IMG/VR virus record: IMGVR_UViG_3300032309_002680
Source of the DNA: an uncultured virus (IMG/VR IMGVR_UViG_3300032309_002680)
Lineage: Duplodnaviria; Heunggongvirae; Uroviricota; Caudoviricetes
Length of the DNA stretch: 64,000 nt
Direction: 5' to 3' (one strand)
A program made the translations under genes and the position numbers. This document shows, piece by piece, positions 18,645 through 28,017 of this stretch. The notes beneath the pieces are model-generated. The model was not told the DNA's origin. It searched no databases and saw only the letters and a list, made by a program, of their open reading frames with translations. The stretch's first letter is position 1. Each line of letters opens with the position of its first letter.

Positions 18645-19462
18645 AAGACATTGGCATAGTTTTATATTCTTTTCAAAATAAAGATTTAGTCGATTTGGTT
18701 GAAAAAAATATAGAAAATTCCAGTGGTTTAAACAATTTATTTTTTTATATAATTGATCAAAACAATATTGATAGAAAAAAAATCTTAAAATCTAAATATC
18801 CAAATGTAAAAATTTATTATAAGTATGTAAAATGGGATAGCATTAAGAGCCCAGTTTTGCATAAACAAGAAGGTTATAGGCTTTTTCAAAAAGAATACTT
18901 TTTGTTAATCGGAGACGGGGTAAGTCTAAATAAAAATTGGGATGAGGATCTTATTGAAAAAATAGAATTTCTTAGCTTAGAAGGAGAATGCGTTCTGTCT
19001 GGAAACCATGAGATAGTCCCATATTTAGAAAATCCGTTTGTTATTTCATATAAAAAAGAGCCTATTTTTCAAGAAACTTTAACAAAATATATAGACAAAG
19101 ATTTTATTTTTACAAAGTCTAAATCTTTTTTATATAACAAATTGCCAGGTTATTTAAAGTACCATGGAGAAAAAGAGCACCTATCAATATATTTTAATTT
19201 AATAAAAATTTTTGCCCTTCCAACAAATTTTTTTAAAAATGAAACAGTTGAGCTAGATAAAATTGAATATTTGCCTTTTTCTGTATATCACGGGTATAAT
19301 GAGTTTGTGAGCAAATGGAGTTCAAGCATTAAGCAGTTGTTTGGATTCGAAGTATTAAGCCTACCATTTTCTACAGATGATGTTTCGTATGACCCCTCTG
19401 GGTCCTTAACGGACAAAGTCGGTGGAGAGAGATATTTAAACTTTAAAGGAGTAATAAATTGA
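18641..19462 (+). CDS. GT-A glycosyltransferase, GT60/GlcNAc-transferase-like (diverged)
   Basis: EYFLLIGDGVSLNKNWDEDLI and YHGEKEHLSI resemble the GT60-like Y.LQIDSH..F...WD..LI and F.GEE..LS motifs; the DxH motif is altered. Confidence 0.5.
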   Translation: MKDIGIVLYSFQNKDLVDLVEKNIENSSGLNNLFFYIIDQNNIDRKKILKSKYPNVKIYYKYVKWDSIKSPVLHKQEGYRLFQKEYFLLIGDGVSLNKNWDEDLIEKIEFLSLEGECVLSGNHEIVPYLENPFVISYKKEPIFQETLTKYIDKDFIFTKSKSFLYNKLPGYLKYHGEKEHLSIYFNLIKIFALPTNFFKNETVELDKIEYLPFSVYHGYNEFVSKWSSSIKQLFGFEVLSLPFSTDDVSYDPSGSLTDKVGGERYLNFKGVIN

Positions 19463-20007
19463 GTAGCATGATAAAAATTGTAGAAGACTTTATATCAGAA
19501 CAAGATGCGTTTGCTCTAATAGAAGAGATGCAATCTCCGTCTAAAATAAATCCGTACCCAGAATACTATAAAGACAGAAATGGTGGTACTGCTTTTCCAT
19601 ATAACAACAGGGTGATGGACATATTAAAAAAATATTCAGTAAGAGCAAATCACATTCAAAAAGAATTTTTTAATTTAAAAGACAAAGTAATCGTTACCAA
19701 GGCTTTTGGATCGTGGTGGCAGCCAGGACAAAGTGGAAGTCCTCACATAGATGCAATTGAAAAAGAGCCTTTTATAGAATATAGCACCGTCATTTATTTA
19801 AATGATGACTACGAAGGCGGAGAGATCTATTTCCCAAAACAAAATTTTGAACATAGGCCCAAGTCCTTGTCAGCTATTTTTTTTCCAGGAAACAAATATG
19901 AATACTTACATGGAGTAAAAGAAATAACTAAAGGAAATAGATTTACCGCACTTTATATGCAATCTACAAAAGTAGATTTCGCTGATCCAGACTTTGAGGT
20001 ATTGTAA
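19459..20007 (+). CDS. Prolyl-4-hydroxylase-like 2OG-Fe(II) oxygenase
   Basis: HID...YLNDDYEGGEIYF...HGVKEI..GNR. Confidence 0.85.
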   Translation: MSSMIKIVEDFISEQDAFALIEEMQSPSKINPYPEYYKDRNGGTAFPYNNRVMDILKKYSVRANHIQKEFFNLKDKVIVTKAFGSWWQPGQSGSPHIDAIEKEPFIEYSTVIYLNDDYEGGEIYFPKQNFEHRPKSLSAIFFPGNKYEYLHGVKEITKGNRFTALYMQSTKVDFADPDFEVL

Positions 20008-20660
20008 TGAATAGAGAAATTCTCTCACTTGGAATGGCTTACTATAAAAATATCATACCAGACCCAGCATCTTTAATTAAAAAAATTGAAGATTTAGAAA
20101 TAAAAAGAAGCGAAACTAATGGATATGAGTCTTTGTATGTTAGAGGATGGCAGCCTTGGGACTACGACCATGGTGGAAAAGAAAAAACTGTTTTTTGCTG
20201 GCAAAAGTTTATACCAAAATCTGAAGATATTCCAAAAGATGATTTATTTTATAACGAGCAAAAAGAAATATCAGATGTATTATTTGGAGCACTAGAAAAA
20301 GGATTACAAGATTATTTTTCTATTTATCCATACTCTCAAAAAAATATTAAATCAAGAGAAAAAACAATGCATCTTTTAAAGTATAAAGAGTCAGGATTCT
20401 TGCCAGCACACTCAGACCACGGAATTAGCAGCAGAGTTTTATCGGCATTACTTTATTTAAACGACGATTACGAAGGAGGAAATATTAAATTTGAGCATGC
20501 AGGTGTAACTTTAAAACCAGAAGCTGGTAGCTTATTGTTTTTTCCTTCTAATTATATATACGTACACGAGGTCTCTGCAGTAACTTCTGGAATTAGATAC
20601 GCTCTTCCAAACTGGTACCACAATAGGTCTAAGGCCTACTATTCGGATGGCACAGAATGA
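20007..20660 (+). CDS. Prolyl-4-hydroxylase-like 2OG-Fe(II) oxygenase
   Basis: HSD...YLNDDYEGG...FFPSNYIYVHEV..V.SG.RY. Confidence 0.88.
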   Translation: MNREILSLGMAYYKNIIPDPASLIKKIEDLEIKRSETNGYESLYVRGWQPWDYDHGGKEKTVFCWQKFIPKSEDIPKDDLFYNEQKEISDVLFGALEKGLQDYFSIYPYSQKNIKSREKTMHLLKYKESGFLPAHSDHGISSRVLSALLYLNDDYEGGNIKFEHAGVTLKPEAGSLLFFPSNYIYVHEVSAVTSGIRYALPNWYHNRSKAYYSDGTE

Positions 20661-21346
20661 CCGTTTTAGTAGTCGGAGCAGTAAGAGGAATAGGAAACGA
20701 AGTTGCCAAAAGGCTAGTGTCTTTAGGTCATGATGTTATTGGAGTAGGAAGGCATATTAGGACCCCCACAAGCAATGACTCTTTTGAATACATACAGACA
20801 GATATTGTTGACCAAGAAAAACTAGATAATTTATTTAAAAATATAAAATCAAGAAATATTGTTATTTCTGGAATTGTAAATTGTGCTGGAGCTTATTGGA
20901 CATCCCCAGCGTATGGTGAAATTTTTCCACAAGTTGAGCAAATGATGGATATTAATGTTTTGGGCCCATATAATGTCATATCTAAATTTCTTCCACTTGT
21001 AAATCCAAACAAGCACACCCCAATAATTAATATATCAAGTTTGGCGGCCCATTATCTGAATTCAGAATCTATGTATTCAGCATCCAAGGCAGCATTAGAA
21101 ACATATACAAGGTCTTTAGCTAAACAAGTTTGTGGTACTGGAATTAGGCCAAATTGCATTGCTCCAGGGCCGATAAGAACTAGATTTACAAAGTTTATGC
21201 CAGAAGAGTATTTTCAGTGGGTGTTAGGCGGTCAAATTATTCCTAAAGAGTTTACAGTACACGATATAGCAAATGTAGTAGAGTTACTTTTTGATGAGAA
21301 GTCTTCTAGCCTGTCTGGTCAAGTTTTTCACATAGGAGGATATTAA
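20657..21346 (+). CDS. Short-chain dehydrogenase/reductase (SDR)
   Basis: GAVRGIG, VNCAG, NISS, YSASK, N.IAPG. Confidence 0.92.
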   Translation: MTVLVVGAVRGIGNEVAKRLVSLGHDVIGVGRHIRTPTSNDSFEYIQTDIVDQEKLDNLFKNIKSRNIVISGIVNCAGAYWTSPAYGEIFPQVEQMMDINVLGPYNVISKFLPLVNPNKHTPIINISSLAAHYLNSESMYSASKAALETYTRSLAKQVCGTGIRPNCIAPGPIRTRFTKFMPEEYFQWVLGGQIIPKEFTVHDIANVVELLFDEKSSSLSGQVFHIGGY

Positions 21347-21371
21347 AAGTCCCTGATGGTACAATTTAATC

Positions 21372-23072
21372 ATGTCGTATAATCTTAGAGTTTTATCAGA
21401 CAATCCGCTGGCTTTTTGGCCAAGCGGAACAGATGATATTTCTGGATTCGACAACCAGGTATCAATAGTCGGATCGGTAGATAATACAAATTTACCACTA
21501 GTTATTGGTGCAGAAAACTCTTCAAAACTTTCTGGAACTGCCGCCATTACCTACATAGATATAGATGGTATTGCAACTAAAAATTTTTCCGATGATCAAT
21601 TTTCTATAGAATGCTGGGTTAGGGTAAATACTACCTCTTCTTTAGAAATACCAATTGTAGGAGACTCTTCTAATGATATAGGACTATTTTATAAAAAAGG
21701 TAATATAGTATTTTCAATAGGTACAGAGTATATAGAGTACACCGTTCCTTTCTTAAAAAAATCTATATATATAGTTGCAGTATATAATAAGAATAAAATT
21801 ATACTGTATATAGATGGAAAGATAGAAGCAGAAAAAGATCTGTCTAGCTTTTCTTTTTCAAATGAATCTATTTTAATAAAGTCGGGACCAGTAAACAATA
21901 GTTTAGACTATATGCTTTTAAATTGTGTATCTTTTTACAGAAGTTCTTTAACTAAAGATCAAATTTTATCTCATTATTTAGAAAATAAATCTTTAAGCCC
22001 TACTCAAATAGTTTACCCAGATCAAGGTAATTTTTTTGAACTTACAGATAAATCAATTTCAACAAAGTATTCCTATTCCTATCCAGCCAATAAGTCATGG
22101 CAGTATTTTATTAACGATAATAATTTATATTATAACTCTCAAAAAGAATTTATCGGTGTTGTAAAGGGAAACGGAGATTCACAATCTATTGTTATTGAGG
22201 ATTTTATTACAATTCCAAGCGGACCAGAGATGAACTCTTCAAGAATTGAATGGGACGGGGATAACGGAGTTTCTGTTTCAGTAAGTGTCGATGGTCAAAA
22301 CTATCAATCTTGCGTTAATGGACAACCGATACCCCAGTATTCATTAAGCTCTTTTAGTCAAACAAGAAATTTATATATTAGAGTTTATTTTACAACATCA
22401 GACGATAGCGTGTACTTGCCATCCTTAAAATTTTTATCTATAAGCTTTTATAACAATCAAAAAATTTACTCAAAAAATTCTTCTAATTATATAGCCAGCC
22501 AGCAAGACATCCCTGTAAGCAATAACAAATATGAAATACTTTCTACAGATAACAGAAACGGCATCAGCTTAAAAAATCTTTCATCGTTTTATATAAATAC
22601 GACAACCCCAACAAAATCGATAGAGTTTTTTTATACACCGTATTCTATTCAAAATGGAGGGTTGGTTACATCTGTTGCTACAAGCGGGTACAGTGAAAGT
22701 AGCCTTACTTGGTCAAGCAATACAATATCTAAAAGCAATATATCCAAAATATACGTTAATGGGGTAGATAAGACAAGCCAGACTAATATAAATAATTTGT
22801 TTTTAAAAGATTCTCTTCACCACGTTGTTATTGTTTTTGAAAATAGCATATATGGAGAAATTTCTATTAATAAATCTAGCGTTTTGGGAGGGCAAAGCCT
22901 ATATCAGAATTTGGCTATTTATGAATCAGCCCTGAGTGCCGAAAAAGTTCAGGATCATTTTAATAAATATGTATCTTCCCAAGGTACAATTATTGAAGAT
23001 CAACTAGGTAAAATGTCAGAGCTGTCGGTTGATTATTTCAATTCTGACTGGATAGTGGTACAAAATATTTAA
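21372..23072 (+). CDS. LamG/concanavalin-A-like domain virion protein
   Basis: VLSDNPLAFW, FSIECWV, LYIDG motifs; leaderless-type start. Confidence 0.65.
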   Translation: MSYNLRVLSDNPLAFWPSGTDDISGFDNQVSIVGSVDNTNLPLVIGAENSSKLSGTAAITYIDIDGIATKNFSDDQFSIECWVRVNTTSSLEIPIVGDSSNDIGLFYKKGNIVFSIGTEYIEYTVPFLKKSIYIVAVYNKNKIILYIDGKIEAEKDLSSFSFSNESILIKSGPVNNSLDYMLLNCVSFYRSSLTKDQILSHYLENKSLSPTQIVYPDQGNFFELTDKSISTKYSYSYPANKSWQYFINDNNLYYNSQKEFIGVVKGNGDSQSIVIEDFITIPSGPEMNSSRIEWDGDNGVSVSVSVDGQNYQSCVNGQPIPQYSLSSFSQTRNLYIRVYFTTSDDSVYLPSLKFLSISFYNNQKIYSKNSSNYIASQQDIPVSNNKYEILSTDNRNGISLKNLSSFYINTTTPTKSIEFFYTPYSIQNGGLVTSVATSGYSESSLTWSSNTISKSNISKIYVNGVDKTSQTNINNLFLKDSLHHVVIVFENSIYGEISINKSSVLGGQSLYQNLAIYESALSAEKVQDHFNKYVSSQGTIIEDQLGKMSELSVDYFNSDWIVVQNI

Positions 23073-23135
23073 ATATATTTAAAATATGGCAAAGATCTGG
23101 ACTTTATTTTGAAATAATGGTAAACTTAGGGAACA

Positions 23136-23480
23136 ATGGATATAAAAAACTTTAAACAAACGTCTGTAGAAGAAACAACTCTAGGGATATACGTCTGGGA
23201 GATGCCTGACGGAAGATGGGTTGGAGACGATGATGGCAACTATCTTTCAATTACCTCATTAAAAGGAAATAGATCAAGAATTGATGCTCTTGCAAGAGAA
23301 GCCAGATCTTATGGAATTTATGAAGGCAGCCCTTTATTTTTATCAAATAGAAGGAAGATAGATGACGAAGAATTTGAGCATCAAAAACAAAGATTAGAGT
23401 GGGGATTAGTCCCAGATGCTTTAGACGTTGGAAGCTATAAAGATGAAATGAAAGCGTTAAGACAAGGAAAATCCAAATGA
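23136..23480 (+). CDS. Hypothetical protein upstream of portal
   Basis: 114-aa ORF with a TGGACT-17-TAAACT promoter; overlaps the portal start. Confidence 0.7.
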   Translation: MDIKNFKQTSVEETTLGIYVWEMPDGRWVGDDDGNYLSITSLKGNRSRIDALAREARSYGIYEGSPLFLSNRRKIDDEEFEHQKQRLEWGLVPDALDVGSYKDEMKALRQGKSK

Positions 23481-25066
23481 TAGAATTTCTAACCGAAGAC
23501 AATAGTTTTGTTCAAAACATAGATATTTCAGACTCGTCAGACTTTTCTAGATTTCATAACAAAGCCCCTGTTCTAGACAGCGACCCATTCAATATAACAG
23601 AATCAGAATTAAAAAAGGTTCAGGGTTTGGGCAATAACTTTCGTAGAAAAATGTCTAGAGAGTTATCAAAAAGATTTGTTGGTCAAGACGGAACAGCCAC
23701 ACAACAGAATCTCATGCAGCAAGCAGTTACTGGTTACGCAATGTTTGACTTGGTTGAGCCAACATATAACATGGAATACCTTTCTAAAATTTATGAAATT
23801 TCACCATACAACTATGCAGCAATTAACGCAAAGGTTGCCAACATTGTTGGACTTGGGTATACTTTTGTTGAAACAAAAAAAGCAAATGATGCTCTAGATA
23901 ATATTGAAGATCAAAAGCAATTAGATCGAGCTCGAAAGAAGTTAAATAAGCTTAGACAAGATTTAGACGCTTGGCTAGAAAAAACTAACGAAGAAGAAAC
24001 TTTCACAGAAACATTAATAAAAGCCTATATTGACCTAGAGGCAACTGGAAATGGATTTATTGAAATAGGAAGAACAGTTGCAGGTAATATTGGATACATA
24101 GGACACATACCAGCAAAAACCATGCGTGTTCGTAGACTAAGGGATGGATTTATTCAGCTTCTTTATGGAAAGGCAGTGTTCTTTAGAAACTTTGCAGATT
24201 TAGAAACACCAAACCCAATTGCAGATGGATCAGATAGACCAAATGAAATTATTCATTTAAAGAAATACACACCAATGAACAATTATTATGGATTGCCAGA
24301 TATTGTTTCTGCACAAAACGCAACCGCAGGAAATGAATTTGCTGGTAAGTATAATTTAGACTATTTTGAAAACAAAGCCGTACCTAGATATATTATTACC
24401 GTTAAGGGAGCCAAGCTCTCTCCAGAGTCAGAGCGTAAACTTTTAGAATTTTTCCAAGTTGGATTAAAAGGAAAAAATCATAGGTCCTTGTATGTCCCAC
24501 TTCCAGCAGATAGCCCAGATTCAAAAGTTGAATTTAAAATGGAGCCAATTGAAGCTGGAACTCAGGAATCATCATTTAACGTGTATCGTAAGTCCAACAG
24601 AGACGAAATTCTTTTAGCCCACAGAGTTCCAATAAATAAAATAGGAGTTCCAGAAGGAATTAGTTTAGCCTCTGCAAGAGACGCAGATAAAATGTTTAAG
24701 GAACAGGTGTGTAGACCAGCACAAGACATTTTAGAGAAAAAATTAAATAGAATTATATTAGAAAAAACAGATGCGGTAATGCTAAAGTTTAATGAATTAA
24801 CTTTAACAGACGAAGACACCCAGTCTAAAATTGATGAAAGATATTTAAGAATGCAGGTAATTACCCCTAACGAAGTTAGAATTAGGAAGGGAATGATTCC
24901 TCGAGATGGCGGGGATCAGGTTGTAGATTTAAAAGCTCAGGAGAAATCTGAGCAAACCGCACAAGCCCTAAATTCTAGAAAAAGAACTCAGGAAAGATCT
25001 GCCAATTCACCAGATAATTCTGGGGAGGGCAGAAATGAAAAAGGTGGGGGAAGAGTCACCGAATAA
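23477..25066 (+). CDS. Portal protein
   Basis: DLEATGNGFIE, EIIHLK, YYGLPD, YFEN.AVP, ILLAHRVP, ITPNEVR. Confidence 0.92.
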   Translation: MIEFLTEDNSFVQNIDISDSSDFSRFHNKAPVLDSDPFNITESELKKVQGLGNNFRRKMSRELSKRFVGQDGTATQQNLMQQAVTGYAMFDLVEPTYNMEYLSKIYEISPYNYAAINAKVANIVGLGYTFVETKKANDALDNIEDQKQLDRARKKLNKLRQDLDAWLEKTNEEETFTETLIKAYIDLEATGNGFIEIGRTVAGNIGYIGHIPAKTMRVRRLRDGFIQLLYGKAVFFRNFADLETPNPIADGSDRPNEIIHLKKYTPMNNYYGLPDIVSAQNATAGNEFAGKYNLDYFENKAVPRYIITVKGAKLSPESERKLLEFFQVGLKGKNHRSLYVPLPADSPDSKVEFKMEPIEAGTQESSFNVYRKSNRDEILLAHRVPINKIGVPEGISLASARDADKMFKEQVCRPAQDILEKKLNRIILEKTDAVMLKFNELTLTDEDTQSKIDERYLRMQVITPNEVRIRKGMIPRDGGDQVVDLKAQEKSEQTAQALNSRKRTQERSANSPDNSGEGRNEKGGGRVTE

Positions 25067-25120
25067 TTATTAGGCAACCAGTATTTGCCTTATATACAAT
25101 ACCGTTATAAAATTAGGCAT

Positions 25121-26431
25121 ATGAATATTGAAAAATCTTATTGGTCCAGCAATGGAGATAATATTAGCCTATCGGTCCCTTTTACAAAGGTTGATCGAGA
25201 GAAAAGAACCGTCTCTGGTTTTGCTACTTTAGACAACGTAGATCAAACAGGAGATGTAGTTACAGCAGAAGCAAGCATGAGAGCTTTTGAAAGATTCCGT
25301 GGCAACATTAGAGAGATGCATGGTCCTAACGCTGTAGGCAAAATGGTTTCTTTTAAACCAGAAACATTTTATGATCCAAAGTCAAATGATTTTTATAGTG
25401 GAGTATATGTAGATGCATACATTTCAAAAGGCGCACAAGATACATGGGAAAAAATTCTAGACGGAACACTTGCAGGATTTTCAATTGGTGGAAAGATTAA
25501 AGAGTCTGACAATCAAGTAAACAAAGCAACTGGGCAAACAGTTAGATTTATTAAAGAGTATGCTTTGATGGAGCTGTCAGTAGTAGATTCTCCAGCAAAC
25601 GAATTATGTAATATTCTATCTATTGAAAAAATGAATGGGCAATTAATTTTTAAAGGAATTTCTACAAACTTAAAAACAGAAAATATTTTTTATTGTGAAG
25701 ACAGCGACTCTGTATTTATGTCAACAGACGCTGAATTCAATTCACCAATAACTGGCAAGCAAGCAAGTTTAATTGGCTGGGTAGAAACTGATGATATAAA
25801 CAAAGCAAAAGAAATAGAAAAGATTCTTGCTTCATTTAAGAAGTCAAGATTAACGTTGCCTGAAACACAAACAATCGCAAAACAGGCAAACGCACAAGGA
25901 GGTAATGAAGTGTCAGAAAACACAGAAACCGCAGTGGTTGAAGAAACCGCAGCAGTAGAAGTAGAAGTTGTTGCAGAAGCAACAATTGAAAAAGCTATTA
26001 CAGAAGACGTATTAGTAGATGCTTCTGCCGAAATCGTTGAAAAAGCAACAGACGTCTCTGATGAGATTGTTGTTGAAAAACCTGATTTTGCAAAAATGTT
26101 AGGTGATTTAAAAGGCTTTTTCTCAGAAACTCTAAACAAAGCTTCAGAAGAAAACGCAGCACAAGTTACAACTATTAAAAATGCAGTTGAAATTTTAAGC
26201 AAAAGCGTAGAAAGCAAAATTACAGAGTTGGCAGAACAACACTCAGAGCTCAGCAAAACTGTTGAGAACATCAAAAACACGATTGATGGAGTAGAAAAGC
26301 GTGTCGATGCAGTAGAATCAGAGACTGCAATTAAGAAATCCTCAGACCTTGGCGGGTCTAGGGAAGTAAAAGTCCAAAAATCAAAATGGAACGGTTCTTT
26401 CCTCGGTTCCGTAAACGAACTAATAAAGTAA
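25121..26431 (+). CDS. Prohead protease with C-terminal acidic scaffold region
   Basis: VSGFAT...REMH...GFSIGG...ELSVVDSPAN protease domain, then an E/V/A-rich coiled coil. Confidence 0.85.
   Translation: MNIEKSYWSSNGDNISLSVPFTKVDREKRTVSGFATLDNVDQTGDVVTAEASMRAFERFRGNIREMHGPNAVGKMVSFKPETFYDPKSNDFYSGVYVDAYISKGAQDTWEKILDGTLAGFSIGGKIKESDNQVNKATGQTVRFIKEYALMELSVVDSPANELCNILSIEKMNGQLIFKGISTNLKTENIFYCEDSDSVFMSTDAEFNSPITGKQASLIGWVETDDINKAKEIEKILASFKKSRLTLPETQTIAKQANAQGGNEVSENTETAVVEETAAVEVEVVAEATIEKAITEDVLVDASAEIVEKATDVSDEIVVEKPDFAKMLGDLKGFFSETLNKASEENAAQVTTIKNAVEILSKSVESKITELAEQHSELSKTVENIKNTIDGVEKRVDAVESETAIKKSSDLGGSREVKVQKSKWNGSFLGSVNELIK
25910..26431 (+). CDS. Nested in-frame scaffolding protein (putative internal start)
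   Basis: AAGGAGGT at 25896-25903 precedes an in-frame GTG at 25910, where the acidic region begins. Confidence 0.55.
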   Translation: MSENTETAVVEETAAVEVEVVAEATIEKAITEDVLVDASAEIVEKATDVSDEIVVEKPDFAKMLGDLKGFFSETLNKASEENAAQVTTIKNAVEILSKSVESKITELAEQHSELSKTVENIKNTIDGVEKRVDAVESETAIKKSSDLGGSREVKVQKSKWNGSFLGSVNELIK

Positions 26432-26452
26432 GAAATAAGGAGAAATAAAATA

Positions 26453-27499
26453 ATGAGCAATGAAACATTAGAAAAGACAATCGCAGCTGGTACAACAGCA
26501 ACAAGTACTTTTGCGTCCACTACTGGTGGTACAGGTACACACGCTGGTTCCGAAAACGGAAACGGTGGTTTGCTTAACCCAGAACAGTCAGCTCGCTTCT
26601 TAGACTATATGTTCGATGCAACCGTAATTGGAAAAGTCGCACGTACCGTTCGAATGAGAGCAGACACTGCAGAAATTGACCGCATGTCAGTAGGCGAAAA
26701 GCTTATGAAACTTGCAACAGAAGGAGATGACACTGCTTCAAACGCAGCAGTTACTTTCTCAAAGATTTCTTTAACAACAAAGAAATTGCGCCTAGACTGG
26801 GAGCTTTCAACTGAGTCTCTAGAAGACAACATTGAGGGTGCAGATCTAGAAGATCACATCGCAAGATTGATGGCAACACAAGCAGGAAACGACATTGAGG
26901 ATGTAATCCTTAATGGTGTCGGCAGCGGATCAGATGCACTGTACAAGGCATTCCAAGGAGTTGTAGCTAAATCTAAGGCCAATGGCCGAGTTGTAGCTGG
27001 AGCTGGAGCTGGAGTTTCTCGTGAGCTATTTAACAAGGCATTAAAAGCAATGCCACGTAAATACATGCAACGTCGTGGAGACCTTCGCTTCTTAGCAGGA
27101 TCAAACCTAATTCAGGATTTCCTATATGCTAACAGCATTGGCACAAACCAGACAATCCCACAAGATATCGCATCAAGCGTTATCCGTGGTGCAACACCAG
27201 GACTTGGTGGAGCAGCAGGATATGTAGCACCTTTCGCATTTGGTATTCCAATTGTTGAAGTACCACTTCTTCCTGAGACACAAACAGGTACATATGCAAG
27301 CCCATCAGGTTCACACGGAGATATCCACTTGACATTCCCAAATAACGTAGTTATTGGTATCAAGCGCGATGTAACTGTTTACCGATTCTTCTGGCCTCGT
27401 AAGGACTCCATTGAGTACACAATGTATACTCGAGTTGGCGTTCAAATCGAACAACCAGATGCTTGGGTAGTTGTAAAAGATGTTAAGGTTGCTTCTTAA
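26453..27499 (+). CDS. Major capsid protein (HK97 fold)
   Basis: GGLLNPEQSARF, ESLEDNIEG, position after the protease, strong RBS, downstream terminator. Confidence 0.92.
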   Translation: MSNETLEKTIAAGTTATSTFASTTGGTGTHAGSENGNGGLLNPEQSARFLDYMFDATVIGKVARTVRMRADTAEIDRMSVGEKLMKLATEGDDTASNAAVTFSKISLTTKKLRLDWELSTESLEDNIEGADLEDHIARLMATQAGNDIEDVILNGVGSGSDALYKAFQGVVAKSKANGRVVAGAGAGVSRELFNKALKAMPRKYMQRRGDLRFLAGSNLIQDFLYANSIGTNQTIPQDIASSVIRGATPGLGGAAGYVAPFAFGIPIVEVPLLPETQTGTYASPSGSHGDIHLTFPNNVVIGIKRDVTVYRFFWPRKDSIEYTMYTRVGVQIEQPDAWVVVKDVKVAS

Positions 27500-27524
27500 T
27501 TAAGAAATAATCTATTTATCTAAA

Positions 27525-27560
27525 GAAAAGCCTCCAATTTAATTTGGGGGCTTTTCATTT
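27525..27560 (+). terminator. Intrinsic terminator after capsid gene
   Basis: GAAAAGCCTCCAA / TTGGGGGCTTTTC stem followed by a T-rich tail. Confidence 0.8.
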
Positions 27561-27607
27561 GAATTTACTAGTGATATAATTAAACGACCTAACCAAAAGG
27601 AGAACAT

Positions 27608-28003
27608 ATGTCATTCGAGACATTGAAATTATCTGAATTAAAGAAGGCAGCCGAAGACTTCGGCGTAGACGCAAGTGATTTAAAAGGAAAAGCCGACATT
27701 ATTGCGGCGCTAACAGAAGACGGGGTAACCTGGGAAGTGTATAGTAAAGCAATTAAAGATGTTGAAGAAGCTAAAGAAGAAATTGAAGTATTACCAAGAT
27801 TTGATTTAAATCAAGAAATAGATCCAAATTCTTTGTTAGTTAAGATGGAAAGAGACAATTACAGATACGATGCTTTAGGATTTACTTTTACAAAAGAACA
27901 TCCATTCGTTGCAATGTCTGCAGAAGCTGCTCAAGAAATTTTTGATAAGGAGGAAGGTTTTAGATTAGCTACCCCAAGGGAAGTTCAAGACTTCTACAGT
28001 TAA
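27608..28003 (+). CDS. Hypothetical head-region protein
   Basis: N-terminus resembles a Rho-N/HeH helical motif (LKLSELKKAAEDFGV...KADII); AAGGAG RBS. Confidence 0.6.
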   Translation: MSFETLKLSELKKAAEDFGVDASDLKGKADIIAALTEDGVTWEVYSKAIKDVEEAKEEIEVLPRFDLNQEIDPNSLLVKMERDNYRYDALGFTFTKEHPFVAMSAEAAQEIFDKEEGFRLATPREVQDFYS

Positions 28004-28017
28004 TTTAACCTTTTAAA

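Noticed and set aside
25690..26520. 276-aa antisense ORF
   Set aside because: Mirror of the codon-biased scaffold region; no recognisable motif.
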